Assembly: GCA_934169745.1 (NCBI GenBank)
Contig: CAKPOE010000001.1
Span: forward strand, 200,856 to 264,855
DNA from: an uncultured Clostridia bacterium
GTDB taxonomy: Bacteria; Bacillota; Clostridia; TANB77; UBA1234
DNA: 64,000 nucleotides
Reading direction: 5' to 3'
This document shows positions 46,639-56,765 of the stretch, in pieces (position 1 is the stretch's first letter; each line of letters opens with the position of its first letter). Position numbers and translations under genes: made by a program. The notes below the pieces were generated by a model. It made no database searches. It saw nothing but the letters and a program-made list of their open reading frames with translations, and had not been told where the DNA came from.

Positions 46639-49260
46639 ATGAACTTATTAGCAAAAAATTATGAACCTAAAGATTTTGAGGACAGAATTTATAAGAATTG
46701 GTGTGAAAAAAGATATTTTGAGGCTAATCCAAGAAGCGAAAAGCCTAAATTTAGTATTGTTATGCCACCACCAAACATAACTGGCGTACTTCACATGGGA
46801 CATGGAATGGATAACACATTACAGGATATAATCGTTAGATATAAGAGAATGCAGGGGTTTGAAACATTATGGGTTCCTGGAATAGATCACGCAAGTATCG
46901 CAACAGAGGCAAAGATTGTTGAACAGATGAAAAAAGAAGGCATTACTAAAGAGCAGATTGGTAGAGAAGAGTTCTTGAAACGTGCTTGGGCTTGGAAAGA
47001 AAAGTATGGAAATACAATATTAACCCAGCTTAGAAAAATGGGTGTTTCATGTGATTGGTCTAGAGTTAGTTTCACAATGGATGAGAATTTGACAAGGGCT
47101 GTAAAGAAGGTATTTGTTGACCTATATAATAAAGGACTAATATATAAAGGCGAAAGAATGATTAACTGGTGTCCAACTTGTAAGACTTCTATTTCTGATG
47201 CAGAAGTTGAATACGAGGAAGAAGCTGGACATTTGTGGCATATAAGATATGTAACTCCAGATGGAAAAGATGAGATAATAGTTGCTACAACAAGACCTGA
47301 GACAATGCTTGGAGATACAGCTATTGCAGTACATCCAGATGATGAAAGATATACACATTTAGTTGGAAAAACAGTAATACTTCCAATTATGAATAAAGAA
47401 ATTCCTGTAGTTGCAGACACATATGTTGAAAAAGATTTTGGTACAGGTGCTGTTAAAATTACACCAGCACATGATCCTAATGACTTCGAGGTAGGACTAA
47501 GACATAATTTAGAAGTTATAAAAGTATTTACTGAAGATGGAAAGATGAATAGTTTGGTACCTAAGTATGAGGGTATGGATAGATTTGAGGCAAGAAAAGC
47601 TATAGTAGAAGATTTGGAAAAACTAGGCGTTCTTGTAAAAACGGAAAACTATACTCACAATGTAGGAAAATGTTATCGCTGTCATCAAACAGTAGAACCA
47701 GCCGTTTCTAAGCAATGGTTTGTAAAAATGGAGCCATTGGCTAAACCAGCAAATGAAGCAGTAAGAAATGGTGAAACAAAATTTGTTCCTGAGAGATTCG
47801 ATAAGATATATTTCTCTTGGATGGATAACGTAAAAGATTGGTGTATTTCTAGACAGCTTTGGTGGGGACACAGGATTCCTGCATATTATTGTGATGCTTG
47901 TGGAGATGTAATTGTTAGTGAACGCGATGAGACAACGTGCCCAAAATGTGGAGGAGCCTTACGACAAGATCCAGACACTTTAGATACTTGGTTTAGTTCT
48001 GCATTGTGGCCATTTGCAACATTGGGTTGGCCGAATGAAACTGAAGAACTTAAAAAGTTTTTCCCAACAGATGTTTTGGTAACAGGTTATGATATTATAT
48101 TTTTCTGGGTTGCAAGAATGATATTCTCAAGTATAGAGAATATGGGAGAAGTACCATTTAAAGATGTATTAATTCATGGGCTAGTAAGAGATGCACAGGG
48201 AAGAAAAATGTCAAAATCATTGGGAAATGGTGTAGATCCATTAGAAGTAATAGATAAATATGGTGCGGATTCTTTCAGATTTGCATTGGTACATGGAACA
48301 TCTGCAGGAAATGATATGCGTTATTCCGATGAAAAAATAGAAGCAGGAAGAAACTTTGCAAACAAACTTTGGAATGCTTCAAGATTTGTACTTATGAATT
48401 TAGGCGAGGAGAAACTTGAAGATGTTAAACCAGAGTATACAATCGAAGACAAATGGATTATTTCAAAAGCTAACAAAGCAATTAAAGAAGTGACAGAGGC
48501 GATGGACAAATATGATTTCGGAATTGCACTTCAAAAAATAATGGAATTTACAAGAGATGAATTTTGTGATTGGTATATAGAAATGGTAAAACCAAGATTG
48601 TATGATATGACGAATGAAACAAGACCAACAGCGTTAATTGTATTAAATGGAATATTAACAGTTGCTTTGAGATTGTTACATCCATTTATGCCATTTATAA
48701 CAGAAGAAATATATACAAAATTAATTACTGAGTCTGAGAGCATAATGATTGCAGAGTGGCCTAAATACACGGAATTGGCTAACTTTGAATTAGAAGAAAA
48801 TGAAATCGAAACAGTAAAAGAAATAATCAAGGGTGTAAGAAATTTAAGAGTAAATATGAATGTTGCACCATCGAAAAAGGCAAGTATGATTTTTGTTACT
48901 GAAAAGAAGGATGTAATTGAGGCAGGAAGAAGCTTCATAGAGAAATTGGCCGGAGCAGAAAATATTACAATTCAAGATAATAAAAATGGAATACCAGAAA
49001 ATGCGGTATCTCTTGCTGTGCCAGGTATAGAAATATACATACCATTTAATGAATTAGTTGATATTGGTGCTGAACTAGAAAGATTAGAAAAAGAAAAACT
49101 AACATACGAAAATGAGATTAAGAGAGTAGAAAAAATGTTATCAAATGAAGGCTTTATTTCTAAAGCTCCTGCAGCTAAAATAGAAGAGGAAAAGAATAAA
49201 AAAGCGAAATACGAAGAATTACTTGCAAAAACAGAAGAAAGAATTAACAATCTAAAGTAG
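46639..49260 (+). CDS. valS: valine--tRNA ligase
   Basis: 873 aa; HMGH and KMSKS motifs, C-terminal coiled coil. Terminator at 49265-49296. Confidence 0.95.
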   Translation: MNLLAKNYEPKDFEDRIYKNWCEKRYFEANPRSEKPKFSIVMPPPNITGVLHMGHGMDNTLQDIIVRYKRMQGFETLWVPGIDHASIATEAKIVEQMKKEGITKEQIGREEFLKRAWAWKEKYGNTILTQLRKMGVSCDWSRVSFTMDENLTRAVKKVFVDLYNKGLIYKGERMINWCPTCKTSISDAEVEYEEEAGHLWHIRYVTPDGKDEIIVATTRPETMLGDTAIAVHPDDERYTHLVGKTVILPIMNKEIPVVADTYVEKDFGTGAVKITPAHDPNDFEVGLRHNLEVIKVFTEDGKMNSLVPKYEGMDRFEARKAIVEDLEKLGVLVKTENYTHNVGKCYRCHQTVEPAVSKQWFVKMEPLAKPANEAVRNGETKFVPERFDKIYFSWMDNVKDWCISRQLWWGHRIPAYYCDACGDVIVSERDETTCPKCGGALRQDPDTLDTWFSSALWPFATLGWPNETEELKKFFPTDVLVTGYDIIFFWVARMIFSSIENMGEVPFKDVLIHGLVRDAQGRKMSKSLGNGVDPLEVIDKYGADSFRFALVHGTSAGNDMRYSDEKIEAGRNFANKLWNASRFVLMNLGEEKLEDVKPEYTIEDKWIISKANKAIKEVTEAMDKYDFGIALQKIMEFTRDEFCDWYIEMVKPRLYDMTNETRPTALIVLNGILTVALRLLHPFMPFITEEIYTKLITESESIMIAEWPKYTELANFELEENEIETVKEIIKGVRNLRVNMNVAPSKKASMIFVTEKKDVIEAGRSFIEKLAGAENITIQDNKNGIPENAVSLAVPGIEIYIPFNELVDIGAELERLEKEKLTYENEIKRVEKMLSNEGFISKAPAAKIEEEKNKKAKYEELLAKTEERINNLK

Positions 49261-49411
49261 AAGAAAAGGGTTACCTATAGAAGGTAACCCTTTTTTGGTT
49301 AATAGTTTTATACCATAGAAAAATTATTACTCTTTTCATGTTTCGGCATTTTTTTTGATTATAAAATTGTATAATTTTTGTATAAGATTATACAAAGGAG
49401 GAAATAATAAT

Positions 49412-49732
49412 ATGATGTGCGAGTACGATAAAGAGAAAAAGACACTACACATAAAATACGATGGCGAAATAGACCATCATACATGTGACAAGATTAAAAT
49501 TGAATCAGATTATGAAATTCAAAAGTTTAGTCCTAAAAAAGTTGTATTTGATTTTGAAAAAGTAAATTTTATGGATAGTTCAGGAATAGGAATGTTGATA
49601 GGAAGATACAAGCAAATACTTAGAGTTGGTGGAAAAGCGGAAATGATGAATGTGAATTATGACGTAAAACGTATATTTGAAATGTCAGGAATATTTAAGA
49701 TAATACCATTAATAGAAAGGGTAGGTGCTTAA
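49412..49732 (+). CDS. spoIIAA: anti-sigma-F factor antagonist SpoIIAA (STAS domain)
   Basis: ...[16 protein letters not shown]... contains the phosphorylatable Ser. spoIIAB and sigF lie downstream. Confidence 0.85.
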   Translation: MMCEYDKEKKTLHIKYDGEIDHHTCDKIKIESDYEIQKFSPKKVVFDFEKVNFMDSSGIGMLIGRYKQILRVGGKAEMMNVNYDVKRIFEMSGIFKIIPLIERVGA

Positions 49733-50159
49733 TATGGAAAATGAAATGAAATTAGAAATAAAAAGTAAATCAAGTAATGAAGCTTTTGCTAGAATTGTTG
49801 TTGCGGCGTTTGCGTCACAATTAGATCCAACAGTGGAAGAATTGGCGGATATAAAAACTGCTGTTTCAGAGGCTGTAACCAATTGCATAATTCATGGTTA
49901 TGATGGTAAAGATGGAATTATACATATTAATTGTCAATTAAAAGAAAAAGAAATTGAAATAGAAATCATAGATTTTGGAAAAGGAATTGAAAATGTAGAA
50001 ATTGCAAAACAGCCGTTGTATACTTCTAAGCCTGATTTAGACAGAAGCGGTATGGGATTTACAATAATGGAAAGTTTTATGGATGAAGTAAAAATTGAAT
50101 CGATTGTTGGAGTTGGTACAAAAGTAAAGATGAGAAAGAAGATTAAGGAGGTAGCATGA
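49725..50159 (+). CDS. spoIIAB: anti-sigma-F factor SpoIIAB (GHKL kinase)
   Basis: 144 aa; N-box [11 protein letters not shown]-box DFGKGI...GMGFTIM. Confidence 0.9.
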   Translation: MLNMENEMKLEIKSKSSNEAFARIVVAAFASQLDPTVEELADIKTAVSEAVTNCIIHGYDGKDGIIHINCQLKEKEIEIEIIDFGKGIENVEIAKQPLYTSKPDLDRSGMGFTIMESFMDEVKIESIVGVGTKVKMRKKIKEVA

Positions 50160-50848
50160 ATGAATTGATATGGCAAGCACAGAGTGGAGACAAACGCGCC
50201 ATGTCAGAAATAATAGATGATAATATAGGATTAGTATGGAACATTGTTAAAAGATTTAATAATAGGGGATACGAATTGGAAGATTTGTTTCAAATCGGAT
50301 GTATTGGCTTTGTGAAAGCAGTGCAACGATTTAATACAGATTATGAAACTAAACTCTCTACTTATGCTGTTCCTATGATAATAGGAGAAATAAAAAGATT
50401 TATAAGAGATAATGGACCAGTGAAAGTAAGCCGTTCATTAAAAGAACTTGCTTGTAAGGTAAGGCAATTACAAGATGATGAAGAGAAAAACGGAAGAGAA
50501 GAACTATCAATAGAAGAACTGTCAAACAAGTTAAATGTTTCAAAAGAAGACATTGTAATAGCTTTAGATTCTACCTCGTATGTAGAGTCTTTAGATAGAA
50601 AGATTTACGATGATGAAACAACAATCGGTGAAAGAGTAATATACGAAGATAATGAATATAAAGATTTGCTTAACAAAATAACTATAGAGAAGATGTTGGA
50701 AATGTTAAATGAAAAAGAGAAAAGAGTTATATTGTATAGATATTTTAAAGAAAAGACACAAACAGAAATATCAAATATACTTGGAATATCGCAAGTTCAA
50801 GTTTCAAGAATAGAAAAGAAAGCACTTGAAAAGATGAGGGCAACATAA
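50156..50848 (+). CDS. sigF: RNA polymerase sporulation sigma factor SigF
   Basis: 230 aa sigma-70 group 3 protein with region 2 ([18 protein letters not shown]) and region 4 HTH. Terminator at 50886-50919. Confidence 0.9.
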   Translation: MNELIWQAQSGDKRAMSEIIDDNIGLVWNIVKRFNNRGYELEDLFQIGCIGFVKAVQRFNTDYETKLSTYAVPMIIGEIKRFIRDNGPVKVSRSLKELACKVRQLQDDEEKNGREELSIEELSNKLNVSKEDIVIALDSTSYVESLDRKIYDDETTIGERVIYEDNEYKDLLNKITIEKMLEMLNEKEKRVILYRYFKEKTQTEISNILGISQVQVSRIEKKALEKMRAT

Positions 50849-50980
50849 GTGAACCTAAAGCATAACGAAACATATTATAATATTAAGCAGAAAATCAAAG
50901 ATTTTCTGCTTTTTTTTGTTGCACAATTTCTAATTTTCATATATCATATGCATATTGATACATGAAAGGTGGAACTATTT

Positions 50981-51694
50981 ATGAATGATGAAATAAGAAA
51001 AGAAAAAACTAGAAAGATAGTTGGAACGTTTGTGTTAATTAGCTTTATTGTTCCGATTGTTTTCTTGATATATAGAATTGTAGTATCTTCTAATGAACTT
51101 CCTACAGAAATTTATACTAGAACTAGGTCTGATTATGTACTTATGCTAGTCCAATGCATACTTGGCGTTTTTGCGCTTATGCTTCCAACCTTTGTTTCAA
51201 GAAAGTATAAAGTACAGATTCCGACTAATATGTATATGTTGTATGTCGTATTTTTATATGGAGCTATCTTCCTTGGAGAAGTTCGAAACTTTTATTATAA
51301 TGTTCCACATTGGGATACAATATTACATACTTTTAGCGGAGCGATGATTGGTGCGCTTGGCTTTTCATTTGTTTCACTTATGAATAAAGAAGAAAATATT
51401 CCTTTAAATTTAACACCTTTTTTCGTTGCTTTCTTTGCATTTTGTTTTGCTGTTACGTTGGGAGTAATATGGGAAATTTACGAATTTACTTTTGATGGAA
51501 TTCTTGGACTTAATATGCAAAAATTTGCGTTAGAAGATGGCACGGGATTAATTGGAAGAGCAGCATTATCTGATACGATGAAAGATTTAGTAGTAGATGC
51601 GATTGGTGCTTTTGTGATGTCTGTGATTGGATATATATCATTGAAATATAAAAAAGGTTGGGTTGAAAAATTACTTATAAAAAAAGAAGAATAA
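50981..51694 (+). CDS. polytopic membrane protein of unknown function
   Basis: ~237 aa, 6-7 TM, conserved HWDTILHTFSG. Flanked by near-identical terminators at 50886-50919 and 51706-51742. Confidence 0.5.
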   Translation: MNDEIRKEKTRKIVGTFVLISFIVPIVFLIYRIVVSSNELPTEIYTRTRSDYVLMLVQCILGVFALMLPTFVSRKYKVQIPTNMYMLYVVFLYGAIFLGEVRNFYYNVPHWDTILHTFSGAMIGALGFSFVSLMNKEENIPLNLTPFFVAFFAFCFAVTLGVIWEIYEFTFDGILGLNMQKFALEDGTGLIGRAALSDTMKDLVVDAIGAFVMSVIGYISLKYKKGWVEKLLIKKEE

Positions 51695-51800
51695 ATTACA
51701 AGTCGAAAGACAGAAAATCTAAGATTTTCTGTCTTTCTTTTGTTCTAAAGTAGACAAGGTCTGCATATATAATATAGTAAAGCAAAGGAGGAGGTTTAAT

Positions 51801-52088
51801 ATGGTTGAAGAAAAAAAAATGATAAAAATGCAAAATGTTATTTTGGAAAATCGTAATAAATTAAATATTTCTGGAGTTTTGGATGTTTTGAATTTTGATG
51901 AGCAAATAATCACTATTGATACAGAGCTTGGAATATTAATTATTAAAGGCTCAAATTTACGACTTAACAAATTTAATTTGGAAAGTACAGATTTGAACGT
52001 TGAAGGAAATATTGTGTCGTTAGTTTATAATGATAAATCTGCAAACAAAAAGAATGGAGAAAGTTTATTAACCAAAATCTTTAAATAA
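51801..52088 (+). CDS. yabP: sporulation protein YabP
   Basis: 95 aa; ...NISGVLDVLNFDEQIITIDTELGILIIKGSNL... is the YabP family. Confidence 0.8.
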   Translation: MVEEKKMIKMQNVILENRNKLNISGVLDVLNFDEQIITIDTELGILIIKGSNLRLNKFNLESTDLNVEGNIVSLVYNDKSANKKNGESLLTKIFK

Positions 52089-52099
52089 GGAGGCACAAT

Positions 52100-52495
52100 A
52101 TGATAGAAAATCAAGTAACAGTTTTTTTGTGGACAATAATGATTGGAGCGATCCTTGGATTTGTTTTTGATTTTTTTCGAATTTTGCGTAGGAAAGGTAA
52201 TACTAAAGATATAATGGTATACCTACAAGATGTAGTGTTTTGGCTCATTGTTACAATAGTAATTATAGTTAGTACATTTTTGATAAATGATGGTGAACTA
52301 AGAGGATATATGCTTTTTGGATATATACTTGGAGCTGTGTTTTATATACTACTATTTAGTAATTTCATTAGAAAGACATTTTCTTTTTTATTCGACAGCA
52401 TTGAAAAAATATTTAAGGTTATAGTAGGAAAAGTATCGAATGTTGTAAAGAAAATAAAATTTACGAACAAAAATAACAAAAAATTGGAAAATTAG
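52100..52495 (+). CDS. yabQ: spore cortex biosynthesis protein YabQ
   Basis: 131 aa, 3-4 TM, follows yabP. Confidence 0.75.
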   Translation: MIENQVTVFLWTIMIGAILGFVFDFFRILRRKGNTKDIMVYLQDVVFWLIVTIVIIVSTFLINDGELRGYMLFGYILGAVFYILLFSNFIRKTFSFLFDSIEKIFKVIVGKVSNVVKKIKFTNKNNKKLEN

Positions 52496-52574
52496 GCAGG
52501 ATTTTATTGCTTTTTGAGGAAATATAATATAGTATGGAATTGGAAGTTACTTATGATAAAAATGGGAGATACTT

Positions 52575-52853
52575 ATGAAGAGTGTTATATTAAAATTAGG
52601 TAAGACACTTATATATACGGCGGTATTTATGTATGTCGCTGCTATTTTAATAAATCAACAAATGAAACTTATGGATTTAAGGAGTAGTGCGGCTCAATAC
52701 AATAAACAAATTCAAGAAGAAAAGCTTAGAAGTGAGCAACTGGCAAAATTAAGAGGAGAAATTTCGTCGCCTGAATATATAGAAGAAGTTGCACGAGAAA
52801 AATTAGGACTTGTAATGCCATATGAAATAGTTTTTGTTGATGCAAGTTTATAG
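52575..52853 (+). CDS. divIC: septum formation initiator DivIC/FtsL-family
   Basis: 92 aa with N-terminal TM, coiled coil and C-terminal ...EEVAREKLGLVMPYEIVF. Confidence 0.75.
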   Translation: MKSVILKLGKTLIYTAVFMYVAAILINQQMKLMDLRSSAAQYNKQIQEEKLRSEQLAKLRGEISSPEYIEEVAREKLGLVMPYEIVFVDASL

Positions 52854-52903
52854 TGAATAAATTTCTAGATTATAGAAATAATATATACAAAGGAGAGATA
52901 AAC

Positions 52904-53227
52904 ATGAAAGCAAAAAAAGAACAAAATTTAGAACTTAAATATACAGGTTCTTTAGACGGTGCAAAAACTATTTATTTGCATTATGGAATAGGGGATAATT
53001 GGGACGGAATTTCAGAATGTAAGATGAGAAAATTGAAGAGCTGTTATAAGACTGAGGTTACTATTCCTGCGGGTGCAGAATTGAAGTTCTGCTTTAGAGA
53101 TACAGAAGGAAATTGGGACAATAACTATGGTAATGATTATTCATATGCAGAGGTAACAGGAGAAACACCAATGAATATTTATTCATCAGTAGAGGTTAAT
53201 CCATACACACCAAAGATAATAAAATAA
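52904..53227 (+). CDS. small protein with CBM25/26-like carbohydrate-binding motif
   Basis: ...GNWDNNYGNDYSY... with RBS AAGGAGAG. Confidence 0.4.
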   Translation: MKAKKEQNLELKYTGSLDGAKTIYLHYGIGDNWDGISECKMRKLKSCYKTEVTIPAGAELKFCFRDTEGNWDNNYGNDYSYAEVTGETPMNIYSSVEVNPYTPKIIK

Positions 53228-53430
53228 AATTCGGGAGCTGTCGTAGAGACGGCTCTTTTTGCATTTTGTTATATATTGTGTATAACATAGGTATAATAAA
53301 AATTCAAAAACACATACAATGGATGAGATGAAAGAGGAGTTGGGGGTGTAAATGAAGTATAGAGTTCTATTTACAGATAATTAAAACCCTACAGCCGTTT
53401 GAAACTGTAGGGTTTGTAATTTGTATAAAT

Positions 53431-53832
53431 TTATCTCTTTGAGAATTGTGGTGCTTTTCTTGCTTTCTTCAATCCTGGTTTCTTTCTTTCCTTCATTCTT
53501 GGATCTCTTGTAAGGAAACCAGCAGCTTTTAAAGCAGCTTTGTTTTCTTCGTTAGCTTCAACCAAAGCTCTAGCTAAACCATGTCTGATAGCTCCAGCTT
53601 GACCAGATAATCCACCACCAGTAACTTTAACGATAACATCAAATTTTCCATCATTACCAGTAACAGTAAGAGGTTGTTTTGCAATTACTCTTAAAACGTC
53701 TGTTGGTAGGTATTCTTCCATATCTTGACCATTTATTGTCATTTTTCCTTTTCCTGGCATAATTCTAACTCTAGCAATAGAGCATTTTCTTCTACCAGTA
53801 CCATTAATTACATTTGAATCTTTTTTAGGCAT
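53431..53832 (-). CDS. rpsI: 30S ribosomal protein S9
   Basis: 133 aa ending ...[12 protein letters not shown]. Terminator at 53385-53420 (minus strand). Confidence 0.95.
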   Translation of the reverse strand: MPKKDSNVINGTGRRKCSIARVRIMPGKGKMTINGQDMEEYLPTDVLRVIAKQPLTVTGNDGKFDVIVKVTGGGLSGQAGAIRHGLARALVEANEENKAALKAAGFLTRDPRMKERKKPGLKKARKAPQFSKR

Positions 53833-53845
53833 TTATTTCTCCTCC

Positions 53846-54271
53846 TTAAAAGTTGTATACTTCTGGTTTTTGAGCTGCATTCTCGTGCTCGCTACCTGCA
53901 TATACTCTTAGTTTTGTTAACATTTTTCTACCTAAGCTGTTCTTTGGAAGCATTCCTTTTACAGCAAGCATTAACATTTCAGTAGAAGGCATATCTTTTG
54001 CTTTGATTTCTTTCATATTACCGATGTAACCTGTGTGTCTTCTATAAACTTTGTCTTCCATTTTATTTCCTGTTAGAACCATTTTATCAGTATTGATAAC
54101 AATTACGTGATCACCAACATCTAGGTGAGTAGTGTAAGTTGGTTTGTGTTTTCCTTTTAATAATTTAGCAACTTCTGATGCAAGTCTTCCTAAAACTTTA
54201 CCGTCTGCATCAATAATGTACCATTTGCTTTCAATTTCGCTAGCTTTAACGCTATGTGTAGTATTATTCAT
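53846..54271 (-). CDS. rplM: 50S ribosomal protein L13
   Basis: 141 aa; [32 protein letters not shown]... is L13. Confidence 0.95.
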   Translation of the reverse strand: MNNTTHSVKASEIESKWYIIDADGKVLGRLASEVAKLLKGKHKPTYTTHLDVGDHVIVINTDKMVLTGNKMEDKVYRRHTGYIGNMKEIKAKDMPSTEMLMLAVKGMLPKNSLGRKMLTKLRVYAGSEHENAAQKPEVYNF

Positions 54272-54360
54272 GGTAATACTTAAACCTCCATTTCAATATA
54301 TATTTCTATGTTTGATATTGAAACCTTCCGGGCTAGCTCCAACATCATGCTTCATCATTC
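54272..54360 (-). promoter_or_regulatory. L13 leader region with promoter (TTGACT-17-TAGAAT on minus strand)
   Basis: Minus strand ~54330-54395 has -35/-10 boxes. The structured 5'UTR gcatgatgttggagctagcccggaaggtttc is consistent with the Firmicute L13 leader. Confidence 0.4.
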
Positions 54361-54403
54361 TAATATAATTTGGAAAAAAAGTCAATATTTTTGATAAATT
54401 TTA

Positions 54404-54598
54404 TTGACAAATGGAGAAAAACATATTATACTTGTGTAAGTTCAAGAAGAAGTCATCCACTTCTCACCGTGCCATACATATGAGCACCGGTTAAATATAT
54501 TCATTTTAAGTAGTGATTTATATTTCGTGGAATGACTTGAGCTTGCTCAAGTTTTTTTGTTTATATAAAACAAAATCATTTATATTAGTTTGGAGGGG
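54404..54598 (+). promoter_or_regulatory. infC-rpmI-rplT promoter (TTGACA-17-TATACT, 54404-54432) and L20-binding leader
   Basis: Consensus-like promoter followed by a ~170-nt structured UTR with GC helices (ccacttctcaccgtgcc, gagcaccggt). A terminator-like hairpin cttgagcttgctcaag+TTTTTTT at 54537-54560 is consistent with L20-mediated attenuation. Confidence 0.5.
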
Positions 54599-54604
54599 AT
54601 TTCT

Positions 54605-55117
54605 ATAAAGCAGGAATTAAGAATTAATGACGAAATCAGTGCAAAAGAAGTGAAGTTGATTGACGAATCTGGAGCACAACTTGGAGTTATGTCTTTAGAT
54701 GAAGCTTTGAAAATCGCAGAGGAAAAAGAATTAGATTTAGTTGAAGTTGCACCAGGAACAGAACCTACAGTTTGTAAAATCATGAATTATGGTAAATACA
54801 AATATGAACAGGCGAGAAAAGAAAAAGAAGCAAAGAAAAAACAAAAGGTTGTTGATGTTAAGGAAATTCGTTTGTCTTCTACAATTGATACGCATGATTT
54901 TGAATTTAAAGCTAAGAATGCAAGGAAATTCTTGGAAGATGGCGATAAGGTGAAAGCAACAATTAAATTTAAAGGAAGAGAAGTAAACAATACTTCTTTT
55001 GGAGCAAATGTATTAAATAAGTTTGCTGAAACCTTGTCAGACGTTGGAACAGTAGATAAGGCACCTAAACTAGAAGGTAAAAGTATGATTCTACTAATAA
55101 ATCCAAAAAATAGTTAA
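54605..55117 (+). CDS. infC: translation initiation factor IF-3 with a non-AUG (AUA/AUU) start
   Basis: GGAGGGG RBS 6 nt before ATA. The ORF-track TTG at 54590 overlaps the RBS. The ...INDEISAKEVKLIDESGAQLGVMSLDEALKIAEEKELDLVEV... region is IF3. Confidence 0.85.
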   Translation: MKQELRINDEISAKEVKLIDESGAQLGVMSLDEALKIAEEKELDLVEVAPGTEPTVCKIMNYGKYKYEQARKEKEAKKKQKVVDVKEIRLSSTIDTHDFEFKAKNARKFLEDGDKVKATIKFKGREVNNTSFGANVLNKFAETLSDVGTVDKAPKLEGKSMILLINPKNS

Positions 55118-55138
55118 AAATAGAAGGGAGTTTTAATT

Positions 55139-55339
55139 ATGCCTAAAATGAAAACACACAGAGCTACTGCTAAAAGAGTTAAATTTACAGGTACAGGAAA
55201 AATCAAAAGAAACAGAATGAATAAAAGACATTTATTAAATGTTAAGACAAGCAAGAGAAAAGCAAGACTAAGAAAACCAACAACAGTAGATAAGACAATG
55301 GAAGCTACTGTTAAGAGAATGTTACCATACGGAAACTAA
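55139..55339 (+). CDS. rpmI: 50S ribosomal protein L35
   Basis: 66 aa MPKMKTHRATAKR... Confidence 0.95.
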   Translation: MPKMKTHRATAKRVKFTGTGKIKRNRMNKRHLLNVKTSKRKARLRKPTTVDKTMEATVKRMLPYGN

Positions 55340-55366
55340 TTGAAAAGAAAGAAAGGAGAATAGAAA

Positions 55367-55714
55367 ATGGCAAGAGTAAAGACTGCAAAAATAACAAGAA
55401 AAAAACATAAAAAAGTTTTGAAAATGGCTAAAGGCTATTATGGAGCAAAAAGCATTAGATTTAGAATGGCTAAACAAGCTGTTATGAAATCTGGACAATA
55501 TGCTTTTGTTGGAAGAAAATTAAAGAAGAGAGATTTTAGAAGATTATGGATTGCTAGAATTAATGCTGCTGCAAGAGCTAATGGAACAAACTATAGTTCA
55601 CTTGTAAACGGATTAAAGAAAGCTCAAATTAATATTAATAGAAAGATGCTTGCAGAAATGGCTGTAAATGACCCAGTTGCATTTACAGAATTAGTAAAAG
55701 CTGCAACTAAATAA
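55367..55714 (+). CDS. rplT: 50S ribosomal protein L20
   Basis: 115 aa [19 protein letters not shown]...; terminator hairpin at 55725-55768. Confidence 0.95.
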   Translation: MARVKTAKITRKKHKKVLKMAKGYYGAKSIRFRMAKQAVMKSGQYAFVGRKLKKRDFRRLWIARINAAARANGTNYSSLVNGLKKAQININRKMLAEMAVNDPVAFTELVKAATK

Positions 55715-55769
55715 GTTCTATATTACCTCTTGTCCTCATAAGATTAAATGATGGACAGGAGGTATTTTT

Positions 55770-56708
55770 ATGCGAAAAATTGCGGGCGCTATGATTTTGT
55801 ATATGTTAATTTGTTTCATGATACCAAACATTTTTGTGAGAAAACAAGAAACGAAAATTTATAACGTAAATAAAATCCGACTATTAAAAACAGAGACAAA
55901 TGAAGTTGAGGAGATAGATTTTGAGAACTATTTAAAGGGTGTCTTGATTGGAGAAGTTCCTGCAAGCTATAATATGGAAGCATTAAAGGCACAGGCTGTT
56001 GTTGCCAGAACGTATGCAATGTATAAATTGAAATATAGCAAGGGAGCACATGAAAATGCGGATATGTGCGATAATCCGTCACACTGTCAGGCATATAAGA
56101 CAAAAGAATATGCGTATTCTGTTTGGAAAGATAATGAAAAAGATGAAAATTGGAACAAAATTGAAAAGGCTGTAAATGAAACAAGTGGTGAAGTTATTAC
56201 ATATAATAATCAGTTAATAAATGCTTTTTTTCATGCTCATAGTGGAGGTAAAACAGAAGATGCAAGATATATTTGGGGGCAAGAAATTATTCCTTACTTA
56301 AAAAGTGTGGATGGCTGTGAAAGTTATGCGTTTGAAGATACTAAAACTTTTTCCAAAGATGAATTTAAAAAAATACTAAAAGAGAAGTATCAAGAGTTTG
56401 ATGAGAACATAGAAAGTATAAATGTTCAAGATCATACAATTAGTAATAGAGTATTTCATATTAAAATAGGAAATCTTGTGCTACTTGGAACAGATGTTAG
56501 AAACATATTTGGACTTCGTTCAAGTAAATTTGAAATTATTAATGATGATAATAATATAATATTTAAAACTGTTGGATATGGTCATGGTGTCGGAATGAGC
56601 CAAGAAGGTGCTAATCGAATGGCCACAAATGGAAAGAATTATAGAGAAATTATACAACATTATTATACAGGAGTAGAAATTGTAAAGATATACGGAGATG
56701 ATGTATAA
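55770..56708 (+). CDS. spoIID: stage II sporulation protein D (lytic transglycosylase)
   Basis: 312 aa, N-terminal TM, SpoIID family (MEALKAQAVVARTYAM..., HSGGKTEDA). Confidence 0.85.
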   Translation: MRKIAGAMILYMLICFMIPNIFVRKQETKIYNVNKIRLLKTETNEVEEIDFENYLKGVLIGEVPASYNMEALKAQAVVARTYAMYKLKYSKGAHENADMCDNPSHCQAYKTKEYAYSVWKDNEKDENWNKIEKAVNETSGEVITYNNQLINAFFHAHSGGKTEDARYIWGQEIIPYLKSVDGCESYAFEDTKTFSKDEFKKILKEKYQEFDENIESINVQDHTISNRVFHIKIGNLVLLGTDVRNIFGLRSSKFEIINDDNNIIFKTVGYGHGVGMSQEGANRMATNGKNYREIIQHYYTGVEIVKIYGDDV

Positions 56709-56765
56709 CATCGGCAAATCTTGGTAACAATACCACTAACATTAATTTGAGGGGTGGTATTGTTT

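Noticed and set aside
31000-49250. Numerous 60-180-aa ORFs antisense to mfd, valS, glgA, rho, gatA and others
   Set aside because: All are nested in long, well-supported genes on the opposite strand, are low-complexity and lack RBSs.
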